Positions 12,171 through 26,442 of a stretch of DNA of 64,000 nucleotides are shown piece by piece (the first letter of the stretch is position 1; every line of letters starts with the position of its first letter). The notes under the pieces are model-generated. The model was not told the DNA's origin and searched no databases. It saw only the letters and a list, made by a program, of their open reading frames with translations. The translations under genes were made by a program, and so were the position numbers. The DNA is from Eledone cirrhosa (Eukaryota), in assembly GCA_964016885.1 (NCBI GenBank), contig OZ024740.1, positions 52,018,001-52,082,000 of the forward strand. The letters run 5' to 3'.

Positions 12171-13905
12171 CAGAAACAAAAACATAAGTGTTTGAACTGT
12201 GAATATGTTGTGAATAAGTTGTAGAACACCTATTTATATGAATGATACATAAACTTTAACATATAAATACAGCGTTGTTATATTATATTACATTCATAAA
12301 GAAATATACTAAGTAACGGTTCTCTTTGTTCTCGATTCAAACGATTCAAGAACAACGTTTAAAACACAGTTGTAGAATTAAAAACTAACTGAAAAGAAAT
12401 ATTACCCAAGCTGTGAATAACTTTAAATTTGATTCTGACAGAACTTTGTCGAAACTTTTAAAGAAGATCATCGACTATTTTGAAAAATAAATACGAAATA
12501 TTAGTGAATAGACGAACTCATCATGGCAAAAAGTACAAGTCTCCTTCGACCAAATCGCAACTACAACCGTTGTATACAGTGGAGCTACGAGCTTAACAAA
12601 GAATTATATGAAGCATACAAACAATCTGAACCCCAAAAGTTCGGTTTTATGCAAAGGCTAAAAACTTTATGGAACTCCAAACACCCAGAATTAGACTTTT
12701 CTCCAAAGCATTTAAATGAACAGGCAAAACGTATCATTAGATGTAAATTGATACATCTACCGGAAATAATTGATACTACAAATACTGCCCTTGTAGACAA
12801 CCACCCCACCTCCACTGACAGACAAAGAGAATGGCCAGCTAAATCTAACAGTGAACAGCTCACCAACAATTTTGCTGAAATCCATCCCACTTCCACTGAA
12901 GAACAGCGAGAAAGGTCAGCTAACTCTAGTAGTAATTGTCACCACATCAACAACGAGGCTGAAATTCATGACTCTACTGAACAAACAGAGCCCCAAAAAC
13001 TTGTGGACACCTTACAAGTGATATGGAACGATATGTTTCAAGAGATACACAGCCTTAATGTGAGTGACAGACCATACAACACCAGAATCAGTAAAGAACC
13101 CACTAAATTGGAATTGGAAGCGGTGAACGAAATAGCTGGCAATTATCTGAAGGCTATACGATCTAAAGGTGTAGAAACGACATTTGAAACGCTTAATGTT
13201 TTGTTATATGTTTCAGATGTCACATTGCTATCATATAACACACATCTAAAACCACGCAATCAAGATACAAACAGAAAGCCTGAACCAGCGTGGATGCGAA
13301 ATTTAAAAACCAAAATTTTGTCCCTGAGACGAAGTATCTCACACATCGCAGTCGTTATGAAATGCAACATAGAGAGCAACTTCACACGACACCAGGAAGA
13401 CCTAAAGAAAAAGTTAGAGAGACGATTTGGAGATACAAAATTTAAAACTTTGAACTCCAAATTACACCAGTTGAAACTGACAGCTACAACAGAAATACTA
13501 AAATATAAGTCAACAGCACATAAACGACAAGTGCTAAATAGATTGTTTGCCAGAGATCCTAAATCAGTTTATCGCAGCTTCGGTTGGCAAAAGCTCAATC
13601 CCTGTAAATGACACTCCTTCAAAAGAACAGGTTGAGAGCTACTGGAGATCTGTATGGGAAACGGATGACGGATTCAACAGACAAACTAATTGGCTAAAAG
13701 AACTGGAACAGGACTACTGCCAACATGTCCAGACAAAACAATATGACATGGGTCAATACTGGAAACAGCTCTACAGAAAATGTCGAATAGGAAATCGCCA
13801 GGCCCAGACCTCATTACAGGATACTGGTTGAAGAATTTCACTTTCTATCGGCAAGATCTCATACGGCTGTTTGCAGAAACCATTAAAGGCACACAAGAAC
13901 TGCCC
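12171..13905 (+). mobile_element. R4/Dong-like LINE 5' portion (5' UTR, frameshifted ORF N-terminus to start of RT)
   Basis: ORF 12523-13611 (WSYELNKELYEAY...MQRLKTLW...HPEL; EPAWMRNL), then PSKEQVESYWRSVWE and KSPGPDLITGYWLK; follows (CATA)n at 12050-12170. Confidence 0.8.
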
Positions 13906-14150
13906 AAATTGCATACATATATCATTGCTGAAAATACGGACAGTGTCAATAAGCACATTCAACTCCTTCTCACTCTTCCTGAAGAGCTTAAGATCGTCCA
14001 TGAAGAGGAGGTGATTGATGGTTGGTAAGCTCTCCCGTTCCCAACTTGTATCCTGCTCTCACTTTTCGCAGTATAATGGTCAGAGGGATCAGGGCAAGGA
14101 CAAACAACAGAGAGGACAAACTATCTCCCTGGAAGATACCTCTCTTGAAA
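13906..14150 (-). mobile_element. R4/Dong-like RT fragment in inverted orientation
   Basis: RGIFQGDSLS...INHLLFMDDLKLFRKSEKEL...FSNDICMQFG; adjoins (TAA)n. Confidence 0.8.
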
Positions 14151-14388
14151 CTATTATTATTATTATTATTATTGAATGCTATGGTTGACGGAGGCTCGGC
14201 TCTCTAAGGTATTGTAAATTTTGACCGCTATAACAATTGTAAATTGTTTAAAACTTTAACCAACTTGTAGACAAAAACACCCTCCTCCTCGTGAGAGGGT
14301 TCTTTCTGCCCGTTATTTGGCCCTTCGGGGTTAAATAACTGCTTATTGGGGTTTTGTGCCCAATATTTATTTTAAACAAAAAAACAAC

Positions 14389-15734
14389 ATGGCTACGAAA
14401 AAGAATTTTCATAGGTCACTCCCACTCATTCCGTCTTCTTCTTCCTCAATCGTCACTACAGCAGAGAGAAGATTGTCTCTCTCCCTCCCTTCTTTAAATG
14501 TGTCTCTCTCCCTCCCTTCTCTTTCGCAAGCGACGACAGAAAAGAAAAGTCTCGTGCAAAGCGTGCAAGATTTCTCCACGACGACAACGACAACGACGAA
14601 ACAGGTGTGCGGGAAATACGAAAACCCATTTCATTCGTCTGACGTCAGGAATAATAGCAGTAGCTGCCGTAATAACAGCAGCAACAGTGACAATGAAAAC
14701 AACAGTAGCAGCCGCAACGGCATCAGCAGCAGCATAAACAACAACAGCATAAGCAGCAGCAACAACAACAACAACCACAGCAACAGCGGCGGCGGCAGTA
14801 GTCGTAATACCTGCAGCAACAACAAAAGTAACAGCGGCTCTGACGACAACAACAACAACAACAGCAGCAAAGAAAAACCAATCTCGTTTGCAGGTATCGC
14901 AAAGAACCTGGAAACGATCCTCATAACAAATGAGGAATTAGAGGAAGCGAAGAAGATGGTGACAAAAACTGGACACCGAGCAATCTGCAAGGCAGCGGAA
15001 AAATTTTTCGAAACCCAACAGCACTGTACGGTCACGTACCGTACAGTAAGTACAAAATCCCGTAGGGTTGAAAGAGCCACAGAGGCTCAAATACAAAAAG
15101 CCTTGGGGTCTGTGTGGCAGCGGAAAACGCACATCACCCGAGGCAAGAAATATGCCACCGTAGACGTACTTTTTGCCACACCCCGGGAGGCAAAGGATCA
15201 ATCCTTAGTGACCCTAAGGAGCGAGGAAATGGTGTTGGTGCCCTCCTACTGCGGGCAAAAAATTGTGAGGGTCAAACTGACCCACGTCCCCCGCCCCCGG
15301 GATGGCCCGGGGGGGACGTGGGTCAGCCTACGTGGCTGGCCGCGTCTGTCCTCGTCGGAATCGAGGACAAAACAACTGTACTGCAAGTACAGAAAAAAGT
15401 AAGAGAAGATTGGGTCGGCACCTCCATTGAGATGTTAATCCAAACCAACCAGGAGTGCATCGAAGCTATCCCGGATGTGATAGACTTCGATAACGGCACT
15501 CAATTGCCCATAAGTGTTGAGAGCAAACGCCCGAAATGCTTTCGCTGTGGATCGAAGACTCACCTCAGGGCCTTCTGCAACGAGAAGACCCTGAGAAAGG
15601 AGAAAACCCCCTCCTTCCGAAACCGGCTCCACGGCTACCAGCAACAGGACAAGCGGCAACCAGGAACGATAGGTCCGTGGCACCCATACCCACGACACAG
15701 AAATCAAAAACAGCAGCAGCAGTGGAAGTATTAA
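14389..15734 (+). pseudogene. Tx1 ORF1 (gag-like), frameshifted near 15290
   Basis: ORFs 14356-15402 and 15114-15734 join; ISFA motif, low-complexity N/S tract, CCHC knuckle. Confidence 0.75.
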
Positions 15735-15809
15735 CAACAACAACAACAGCAATACCAAATGCAGCTGCAACAGAGACTCCAGTGCAAACATCACCAACAA
15801 CAACAAGTG

Positions 15810-18681
15810 AAAGAGTGTTAGTGGGCGACTGGAACGGGAACGGGATCTTAGATGCACGCTGGGACTGTGTGGGATTAGCGGATAGGGGTGGAGGGTACAA
15901 GAGCCTCACCAACCTGCTCAGGCGTTTTGAACTGTCTGACAGGTACCGATTGGATTTCCCGAATGTGCCAATGTGGACTTGGACAAATCGCATAGGGTCA
16001 TCCAGATCATATCTAGATATAGTATTTTGTAGGGAAATAGATAGGTCTAGCATAGGCTGTCCACAATTCAAGATAGTCAGCTACACGGACCACAAATTCG
16101 TGACCTGTGTGCTTGACTTAGATAGGCTTCATAGACGAGGACCCGGCTACTGGAAGCTAAACGCGCCCTTACCAGCGCGCAAGGCCTACAGAGACCGGAT
16201 TAGCGAACTAGTTAAGCGGGCGTTGACGGGGGCCATCGTCAACAACAAGTGGTGGTTTGCTCTGAAAAGAGCGATTAGAATGAATCCATTAGGTTTAGTA
16301 AGGCTTTAGCAATAGAGAAAAATAGAGCAGAGGGAGAACTAGTTAGAAAATTAGACGAGGCGCTTAGCAAAGGCATTGCGACCGACGTGCTTGTGGCGAA
16401 ATTGGCCCTTGACCAATTCTTCAATGCAAAGCACGAAGGCTGCGTTGTCAGAGCTAGGGTGCGTGCTCTCAGACACGAGGGGACGAAAGCCGTTCAATGG
16501 GCCCGAGTGGCGGAGGCGCGTCGTGGCAACAAAGCCACGATCCGGTCTTTGGTGGACCACGACGGGCGCATGCTACTTGATCCCGGGCAAATGTGTGAAG
16601 CTTTTCAGCGACACTTCACTCAGCTGTTCGGGGGCAGCGGTGGGCCGGGTCGAGGGATGGACTTTAGTGTCTACCTCGACGGACTGCCGCGGCTCTCGGC
16701 CACTGAGGCGGAGTGTTGCGAAAAGCCGATAACAGCCGCTGAAGTAAGGGAGGCAATGACTGGCTGCACAAGGGGTAAATCGCCTGGTTTGGATGGTCTG
16801 CCCTATGAACTTTACGTACAGATGCCAGACTTGTTCGGAGGCCTCTTGGCGGACGTATACTGCAACTGGCAACAGAACGGGAGAATTCCCAGTTCTGTGA
16901 GCCGAGGAGCGGTGGCACTGCTGAGAAAGGATCCGAACAAGGGGGATAACATAGATAATTTCAGGCCCATAACTCTGCTAAACACAGAGTTCAAGATTTT
17001 GGCCAAGGTGCTAGCAAAGAGGTTGGCGCTTGTCGTTGGTGGTCTGGTGGGAGAGGCGCAGACATGCGCCATTCCCGACAGATCCATCCACGACAACCTC
17101 CACCTCATGCGATACATCGTAGAGAGGGTAGCTAGGGAACCTGGCACGGGTTGGTCCTTGATCAATTTAGATCAGTCGAAAGCTTTCGATAGGGTCGACC
17201 ATCGTTACCTAGTGGCAGTCCTGAGGGCGGCTGGCTTTGGGCCCGTCTTCAGAGGCTGGATCGCTGCCATGCACAGCGACATCTGCTCTGTGGTGAGACT
17301 GAACGGTCACCTTTCGGAACGTTCAACATCATGCGCTCGGTCCGCCAAGGATGTCCCCTCTCGCCCCTCTTGTACGTATTGACTCTCCAGCCATTCCTGC
17401 ACAAACTGGAGACGTTGAGGGGCGTCCCGCGCGAACTAGGATGCGGAAGATCCGTGTCAGCATATGCCGTCCAACAGCGTCGTCGGACGCTGGACGGACG
17501 GACCGGTTAAATTGCTAGGGGTCTGGTTCGATCCGGACCTCCAGACGGACAAAAACTGGGACGAGGTGACGAGCAGGGTGGCTTCTCTCACCCAGAAATG
17601 AGCGGAGAGGAAGCTATCCCTGAAAGGTCGAGCGGAGGTGGCTAACGCGTACATCGCGTCTGTCATCTGCTACCGCCTGACCGTCGTACCTTGTCCTAAG
17701 CCTCGCCTGACTGCGCTGGAGCGTTTGCTCTTTCGCTTTTTGTGGAAGGGACGCGCTCCGATGGTCAGGCGGTCCATCTGTTGTCAACACCCGCTACGTG
17801 GAGGGCTGGGCATGCCGTGGCTGATGATGCGCAGGCACGCGCTCAGGCTACGACATCTCCACTTCTTCCTCGACGGTGATCAGGTGTGGTCGTCGTTTGC
17901 TAGACACGTATTTCCCCAGCTCGTTTCCTTGACGGAGCTACAGTCCTGGGTCAAGCGAAGACCGAGAGGGAGCGCCTGGAGACTGGAATATCTTCAGGCG
18001 CTCACAGCCCTCGACCAATCGGGCAATGTGATCGGTGGAAACTCCACCTCGGCGTTCTATAGAGGATTAGTGGAGGGGAAGAGCGACGACGTACTTGGGG
18101 AAACTCTAGGCGTCGACGAAAATCAACTAGCGAATCTCTTCGGAAGAACTTTCGGGCCAGGACCTATGGACAACTTCCAGAAATCTCTGGCCTGGCAGTG
18201 CTACCGAGGAGCCTTGCCAGATCGGGATAAACTCTACAGGCATGGAGGTGCCGTCAGCCGGGTATGTCCGAGATGCGCGCAGGGCGACGAAACCGTCCTG
18301 CACGCACTCGTCCAGTGTCCGAAAATTGCTGACTTGTGGGTTTATGTCGAACACCTGCTGTCGCGTGTAGGACGGATCCGGCTATCATCTGAGTCCATCG
18401 TGAGGATTGCCCCGCCCTCCTCCTTTAGCCGGGAAGGGCAGGCAGTTTTTATCTGTCTGGTGGCCATGGCGAAAGAGATAGTATGGTGGACACGTTTGAA
18501 AGGGCTGAAGACGAGCACTTACCTCTTCGGTGATGCCCTGATTGACTTTTTCAAATTTCATTTGAAAAGGAAAATCAGAGTAGAGAGGGAAGTGCTCTCT
18601 TCCCAGCATTTTGTTGAAAGATGGGTGAGAGAAGCAAGAATGGCCCGAGTGAATGGGCCTACTCTGAGTATATATCTGTAA
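15810..18681 (+). pseudogene. Tx1 ORF2 (EN-RT-zf) with deletions, frameshifts and a stop
   Basis: Split over ORFs 15536-16309, 16387-17382 and 17638-18681; APE N-terminal half and the YADD segment are missing. Confidence 0.85.
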
Positions 18682-18952
18682 ATTAAAGGTGGAACACTGG
18701 GAGAGGGCAGTTGCCTCGGTGGTCAGGGTCACTGTGGCCTTTTACTGGGCTTTCTCCACAAATGTCCCTCCGAAGTCTCCCCCTATTGGGGAATTTTTCA
18801 TTGTTATTTTTTGTTACATCCTCTGTTTTTGTTTTTACACGCAGAAATGCCCATTTGTACCGTACTGTATTGTCCTGCACTGTCCTTAATGTCTACTTTA
18901 TGTAAACCCTTGTGGTTAATAAAGAAATCATTATTATTATTATTATTATTAT

Positions 18953-19277
18953 TGAGTTCAAATCCCGCCGAGATTAACTTTGCCTTTCATCCTTACGGGG
19001 TCAATAAAATAAAGTACCAGTACTGGGGAAATCGCTGGCCTTGTGCCAAAAGTAGAAACAATTATTATTATTATTGAGGGCGGTGGATTGGAAGTATCGG
19101 TAGAGGATCGGACGCAATGCTTTGCAGCATAGAGTTACGACCCTTTACGGTCTGAGTTCAAATCTCGCTGAGGTTAAGTTTACTTTTCATCCTTACGGAG
19201 TCGATAAAATAAAGTACCAGTAATACACTGGGGATATTGCTGGCCTTGTGCCAAAAGTAGAAACAATTATTATTATC
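18953..19277 (+). mobile_element. Two tandem SINE family A copies (first 5'-truncated)
   Basis: B-box, gcctttcatccttacggggtc...gtaccag and (TTA)n tails. Confidence 0.85.
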
Positions 19278-19616
19278 ATGTACATGGTAACAATGAAACG
19301 ACTATTTCCAACATTTTCCGTTCCTGATCGACACAATTCCGAGACAAATAAAGATCTGCAAATAAGATAATTTTGATTCTTCTTTTCATTTATTGTATCT
19401 TGTATTTGACTGAGGTGGGGGAGCTGCGCTTTTTATTTATATTTTCCTACTTTCTTTCTTTCTTTCTTCACATCAGACTTCGCCGAGTTTATATTATAAA
19501 GTAATTATTGATTTGGTATCTGTCGGAATCACCTCACAGCTGACAACACATTAAATGATTTATTAAAGTACCATAGTACGGACAAATGCATACACAGACA
19601 CATACACACAGACACG

Positions 19617-19656
<40 letters not shown>

Positions 19657-19840
19657 ATAATCTGGAAATCTTGATCTAGACCTGATAATTGAAAGAGCCC
19701 CCAAAAGAAATCCAAATACTGCGTACCTACGTAAAGTATAGGTTTTGTTGGAGTTATGCACACAGTAAGTTATACATACACGTACATTACATACATACGT
19801 ACACATACATGCATACATGCATACACACTCAAACATATAT

Positions 19841-20756
<916 letters not shown>

Positions 20757-21159
20757 TAGAGGCAGTGACAGTGGGAGATTGGTTCTTTTGTGTTCGGATA
20801 ATGTATATGTATGTTACACAGACATACACATCTTAGGTATTAGCGTAAAATGCAACTAGACTATTACAAGAACTACACGTAAAAAAACAAACAAAAACAA
20901 AACAAAACAAACAAAACAACACACGTGGAGTTTTAGTTTAGATTCTAACTTTCCTGTGGATGGTTGATATCTTGTCTTGTTAATAAGATGGAGCACTAAT
21001 GAGAGTTGTCGTCTTAAGTTTACTAATTATCGATTTAGTAAGGGTAATTAGTGGAGTTACTCTGAAATCGAAATAGCTCTGTATAGGTTTCGAACAACGA
21101 TGATTTACTAATGCAATATAGCAACATCTTTGCTGTCCTTACTGTTCTGCCAAGTATTA

Positions 21160-21420
21160 TGTTCTCAGTATCTCCAGCTCTCACCATCTCTCACTATTAT
21201 TAGCAAATGGGGTCCACATGCTGGCCTCGCCGCGGCCCCGGGAGATAGACTAGAGAAAGCGTTTCCCCTGAGGATGGTGAGGGAGATGCGCTGGAAGAGC
21301 CATTCCAGCTCGTGAGGCTCAGACTGCGGGTAGTCAACTCTGTGCTGATGGTGGTGAGTAGGAAGGTGGCCCTAAAGCCAAGGACACCAGAAGTCCCGTA
21401 AAATATTAAACCATGTTGTC
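21160..21420 (-). mobile_element. CRE-like RLE LINE 3' fragment
   Basis: ELEWLFQRISLTILRGNAF; homologous to 59500-59580. Confidence 0.6.
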
Positions 21421-21545
21421 TCCATAACATCATCTTTTAAAGGTGTGCTCTGAATAATGGAATTTATTGTATATCGATCTAAACTATATATAACAAAGGA
21501 AGTGTGGTAAGGAACCAGGTGGACCATAACGCACCAGAGTACTCG

Positions 21546-21606
<61 letters not shown>

Positions 21607-21825
21607 ACATATATATATGTATGTATATATATTTAAATAGAAGAAAACCAAGGTTTTTAAATTAAATCCACCTTTAATTCCTTACGATTGTTTTCAAACC
21701 CTATTTACTGTAGACCTCATGCGCGCATTGAACTTTTCACACCTTACCAATAGTGGAATATTCCATTATAATCATTCACACACACACACATACATATATA
21801 TATATAAATATCCTATGTAAAATCA

Positions 21826-22153
21826 CGTGGCTTAGTGGTTAGGGTATTGGGTGCTCAATCGTGAGGTAAGGTTAATTCCCGGACCGGCTGATATATTGTG
21901 TCCTTGAGCAAGACACTTTATTTCACGTTGTTCCAGTTTAATCACCTGCAGAAATGAGTTGCGACATCACTGGTACCATGCTGTATCGGCCTTTGTCTTT
22001 CCCTTTGTCAATATCAGTGACGTGGACAGAGGAGTTAGTATGCATTGGCGACTGCTGGTTTTCCACAAAACACATCGCCCAGTCTCGTGCCTCCATGGCG
22101 AACTTTCTAGATGCAGAATCCATGGACATTCGTGATCGAGAGGTGGGGTCTTT
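21826..22153 (+). mobile_element. tRNA-derived SINE family B (CORE/V-like domain)
   Basis: Head cgtggcttagtggttaggg; tgtgtccttgagcaagacacttta; other copies at 26030-26125 (+) and 52065-52283 (-). Confidence 0.75.
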
Positions 22154-22314
22154 ACTATATATATATATATATATATATGCAGAGGTTATATTTAATTTGT
22201 TGGGATTCAACAAGCTTAAAAATTATTTTATAACTGATATAAAGCACTCAACAGATCAGTGGAGTAAATATTCAATATATTAATAAATGGAAACTATATT
22301 TATAAAACCATAAT

Positions 22315-22380
22315 TATTTTATTATATATATTTCAAGGGCAACCAAGGCAAATTATGGTGCGCTTTCATCAGATAATATA
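22315..22380 (-). ncRNA. Mirror-image copy of hammerhead H2
   Basis: Reverse complement of 22521-22586 with one stem I mismatch. Confidence 0.72.
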
Positions 22381-22520
22381 CAATACAGATTTGTTTTATA
22401 AATGAATATTGACATACCCGGAAAAAAGACAACCTTAACGGTTGAAGCATCCTAGAAGCTTCAACCGTTAAGGTTGTCTTTTTTCCGGGTATGTCAATAT
22501 TTATTTATAAAACAAATCTG

Positions 22521-22586
22521 TATTTTATCTGATGAAAGCGCACCATAATTTGCCTTGGTTGCCCTTGAAATATATATAATAAAATA
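22521..22586 (+). ncRNA. Minimal type-I hammerhead ribozyme (H2)
   Basis: uauuuuau CUGAUGA aagcgcacc...gguugcccuu GAAA uauaua UA auaaaaua; 8-bp stem I. Confidence 0.8.
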
Positions 22587-23416
22587 ATTATGGTTTTATA
22601 AATATAGTTTCCATTTATTAATATATTGTATGTATATATATATATATATATATATAAATAGAGAGAGAGAGAGAGAGAGAGAGTGGGAGGTGGGAGAAAA
22701 TCGACTCACCCTACTTTGGGCACGCTAAGAAAATGAATTTTCACTGTCCATTGATGGACGTTCTTTTGCTTGATACATTAACGCGTCAAATTATACATAC
22801 ATATACATTTTAGGTTCAATTCCATTCATTTTAGAATGTTCTAGACTTTTTCGGGCACGTGACAGCAGGTTATAAAATTATAAAACCAGACAGATTTGTA
22901 TTTTTGTTAGTCTTTTCTGTCAACAATTTGTTACGCAATGATTTCTCTTCAAAAACACAAATTGTTTTGTGTTCTTTGGATACAAGAGTATCATGTTTTT
23001 ACGAAGTATTTATCCTTTAGCCTACCATTCATTAATACTTACACCCAAAAAAAAAAAATTGCACAACCACGTTGTATTATTTTTATTGTAATTAATGTTG
23101 GGTTTATTTTGTTTATAGTTTCTACGTAGTAATGTTACATTAACATAATCTAGGGTGAATAAAAAGAGATTATAATTTGTACAAAGTTTTCCATGCTTTT
23201 TATTTAATAAACTGTGTTTTTAGCTTTCCGATTGTTATTCACAATTAAGTTTTTCTCTTGCACATAAATTTGGTGACCTTTGTGCCACCAACAATACGCA
23301 ACTGGTGACACCGAACTAAGGAACACACACACACTCCGACACAAACATTCACATACAGACTCTCACACATATATACCCCCCCCCCACACACGCGTATATA
23401 TATATATATATATATA

Positions 23417-23848
23417 TGATTATATAACTTGAAACATGTGTATAGTATTAAACTAATGTAGAATTTCTATTTGCTTATATATACTTTATGTTTACATCTA
23501 TCTTTCCACACTTTTTTACTTAAAAGCATTTCTTATTCTTTCAACCAATATTTCCTAAACACATTGAGTTCACTCTGAAAATATATCTCTAGATATATAG
23601 CAAGGGTAGAATAATATATAATTCAATTTGTACGTAGAGAGTTATATATATGAGAGTATGTAATTGCTAAAAAATTTCAGTATGATCTCAATGTATTTAT
23701 GAAATATTGGTAGGAAGAATAAGAAATGCTTTTAAGGAAAAGGATATGGAAAGATGTAAACACAGAGCATATATAAGCAAATAGAAAGATGGAATCGAAA
23801 TTCTACCTTAGTTTAATACTTGACATCTTTCAAGTGTGATATAATCAT
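23417..23848. repeat. Old diverged inverted repeat next to (TA)n
   Basis: Arms ~23417-23569 and ~23687-23848 are complementary with many mismatches and indels. Confidence 0.7.
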
Positions 23849-25419
23849 TATACATTTATTTACAAATAAGATCTTACAAGTAACTAGTGTGAGTAAAAAA
23901 ATAAAGAAATATAAATCATAAAAGAATTTTATGTTTTTTATTTCTTTATCTTCAGAAGCCGTTTAAACCCAAATAAATATTACAAATATACATTAAAGCC
24001 AATCGCTACATGGCAGACAGTGAAGTCAATTAAAGGGTACATATGTAGCAGCATTTAAATATGATTTTTGATCAAATGAGTAGTAGTTTCATCCCTCATT
24101 TATTTATTTATTTAATTATCTAATTGTTTATTAGTAAGTCACTGTTTAAAACCACCGTCCAATGCCTGAGTGCCTGTAGTAGAATCCACAAGTATTTAGG
24201 CTAGTCCCCAACCCTTTTCAAAATAACTCCCTCTTTTCCTCTCCCCGATCTAGGAAGCCCTGAAAAGAGCCGAGGGTACTGCCCTTCCTCAGATTACGTG
24301 ATATATATAAAAAAAGAATACTGGCCTGATTGTAACTGAGGCCCGTAAACTTCATTTAGTTTCTCCATTCTCCATTTGTCAATTATATCATCGTTAACAA
24401 TTGAATCCAGATAAGAAAGATTGTTATCTAACGAAATATTTGTACAATTTTTCTTAGCTTACATATATTATTAAATTATATATAATTACTGTCTTTTCTG
24501 TAAGACGACACATTTGATAATGTAGTCCAAGATACAACATGTCTTATAAAATACAGAATGATCGTGCTTGAAATACCTTCTATGACAGGTTTGCTCAGTG
24601 AGTAATGAACTAATGTTAAACAACTACAACAATAGCAGCAACATATCTATGGCACTTATGTTTAACTAGATGGAGTAGAATAGTTCAGAGTTACGTATCT
24701 TAGTAGTAAAAACAATCCTGTGTAGGCGGTGGAATTCTAACAATCTATCTTTCAACGAATTGTTCGACATACAGTCATGTTCCCTCATCTACCCCATATA
24801 TAGATTATTTCATTTACAAGGCTTCTGTAGTTTCACATTGTTTCCAGATATTCAGATTCTGTCTTTACCAGTGTGACTTAGATACTAATGGAGAGATAGA
24901 CACGGCGCATGTATTTACCATACAAAAATAGAACGATAGATTTGTTTAGATCGTATCTAATAAGGAGCGTTCAGAATTTTTCGTTTATCAATATCAACAA
25001 GAATGATAAGTAGCTATAGCTTTAATCTGTAATTTCTATAAGCACCTTCACCACATACATATTCGTTGAACTATTAATCCTGAGGAAAAAAACTCATTTC
25101 GCTAGATGATATTATCACTGGATATTACAAGTACAATTGTACAACGAATGCCGCCAGGAGCTTAGTCAAACGGCGTTGAAATCATGAGTCATAACCATAG
25201 AAAAATGGACTACAAATATATTTATTAAAAAATAGCTTAATTTTGAATTGGTCTATGAATACATAATTTTGTAATTATTATTCAATTTCCAAATTATTAC
25301 ATAAGTGATTTTTATCATTCAATCGAGTTACATACAATTATAAATATACACACAATTATATATACACACATATGTATATATACAGGCATACATACACACA
25401 CATATATATATATATATTA

Positions 25420-25625
25420 TTAGGAAAACGTTCAAGACCCCGACGGCAGAGCTCAAGCCGTTTCGATGGCTATTTCGACAGCTATTATGAGAAATAGCCG
25501 TCGAAAGGGCTTGAGCTCTGCCGTCAGGGTCTTGAACATTTTCCTATTACCCACTCTACTACCCTAAGTATTGAGTACTCTGGTGCGTTATGGTCCACCT
25601 GGTTCCTTACCATACTTCCTTTGTT
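25420..25625. repeat. Family F element with fold-back
   Basis: Hairpin ~25421-25546 followed by the family F tail, flanked by (TA)n. Confidence 0.8.
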
Positions 25626-25895
25626 ATATATATATATATATATATAGTTAAATATTAGACAGGAACAAAAAACAGAGAGGCAGTATAAATGGTAGTTTAT
25701 TAGGTTCACGCTTTTAAGAGTGTGTGTGTGTGGGGTGGTGGGGTGGGGGGTGGGGTGATATATATATATATATATATGATAATGTTTAACCCCGACGGCA
25801 GAGCTCCGGCCGTTTCGACAGCAATTACCCACTCTACGTATCAAGTACTCTGGTGGGTTATAGTCCACGTGGTTTTTTTTACCACACCCTTTCTG

Positions 25896-26029
<134 letters not shown>

Positions 26030-26222
26030 CAGGTGGATTTGCAATCGTGAGGTTATGATTTCGATTCTCGTACCGGGTGATGCGTTATGTCCTTGAGCAA
26101 GATACTTTATTTCACGTTGCTTCTTTTACCTGGAGATGCGACCGATAGATAGTATTAGCAATTGGAAAGACCCATGGAAACATTGTTTCCTCGGTCCGAT
26201 TTGACGAAAGTCGATCGACTGA

Positions 26223-26265
<43 letters not shown>

Positions 26266-26442
26266 CCCCCCCACACACACACTCTTAAAATTGTTATATT
26301 GTTATAAGGAGCTTCATCAAAACTTAATTCCATTTCCATTTCCGATAAGAAGTCATTTCAGAACTAATATACGCTTATATACCTACCACAACTGGCAGCA
26401 GAACGGAGGACGAATCCTCACTTCTGTGCACTGAGGAATTTG

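Larger units (their letters stand above)
14173..18928 (+). mobile_element. L1/Tx1-clade LINE, near full length but disabled, inserted in (TTA)n
   Basis: ORF1 with CCHC knuckle CFRCGSKTHLRAFC; partial APE (VGDWN, SYLD, TDH, GYWKLN); RT (KSPGLDGLP, NFRPITLLN, DQSKAFDRVDH); zf CPRC...ETVLHALVQC; AATAAA at 18918; (TTA)n on both sides. Confidence 0.93.
22273..22628. repeat. ~355-bp fold-back palindrome between (TA)n tracts
   Basis: Arms near-perfectly complementary around the 9-nt loop 22449-22457. Confidence 0.92.

Noticed and set aside
26200-26225. GAAA-gtcgatcgac palindrome
   Set aside because: No upstream core, and it is followed by UG, which is not a cleavable triplet.
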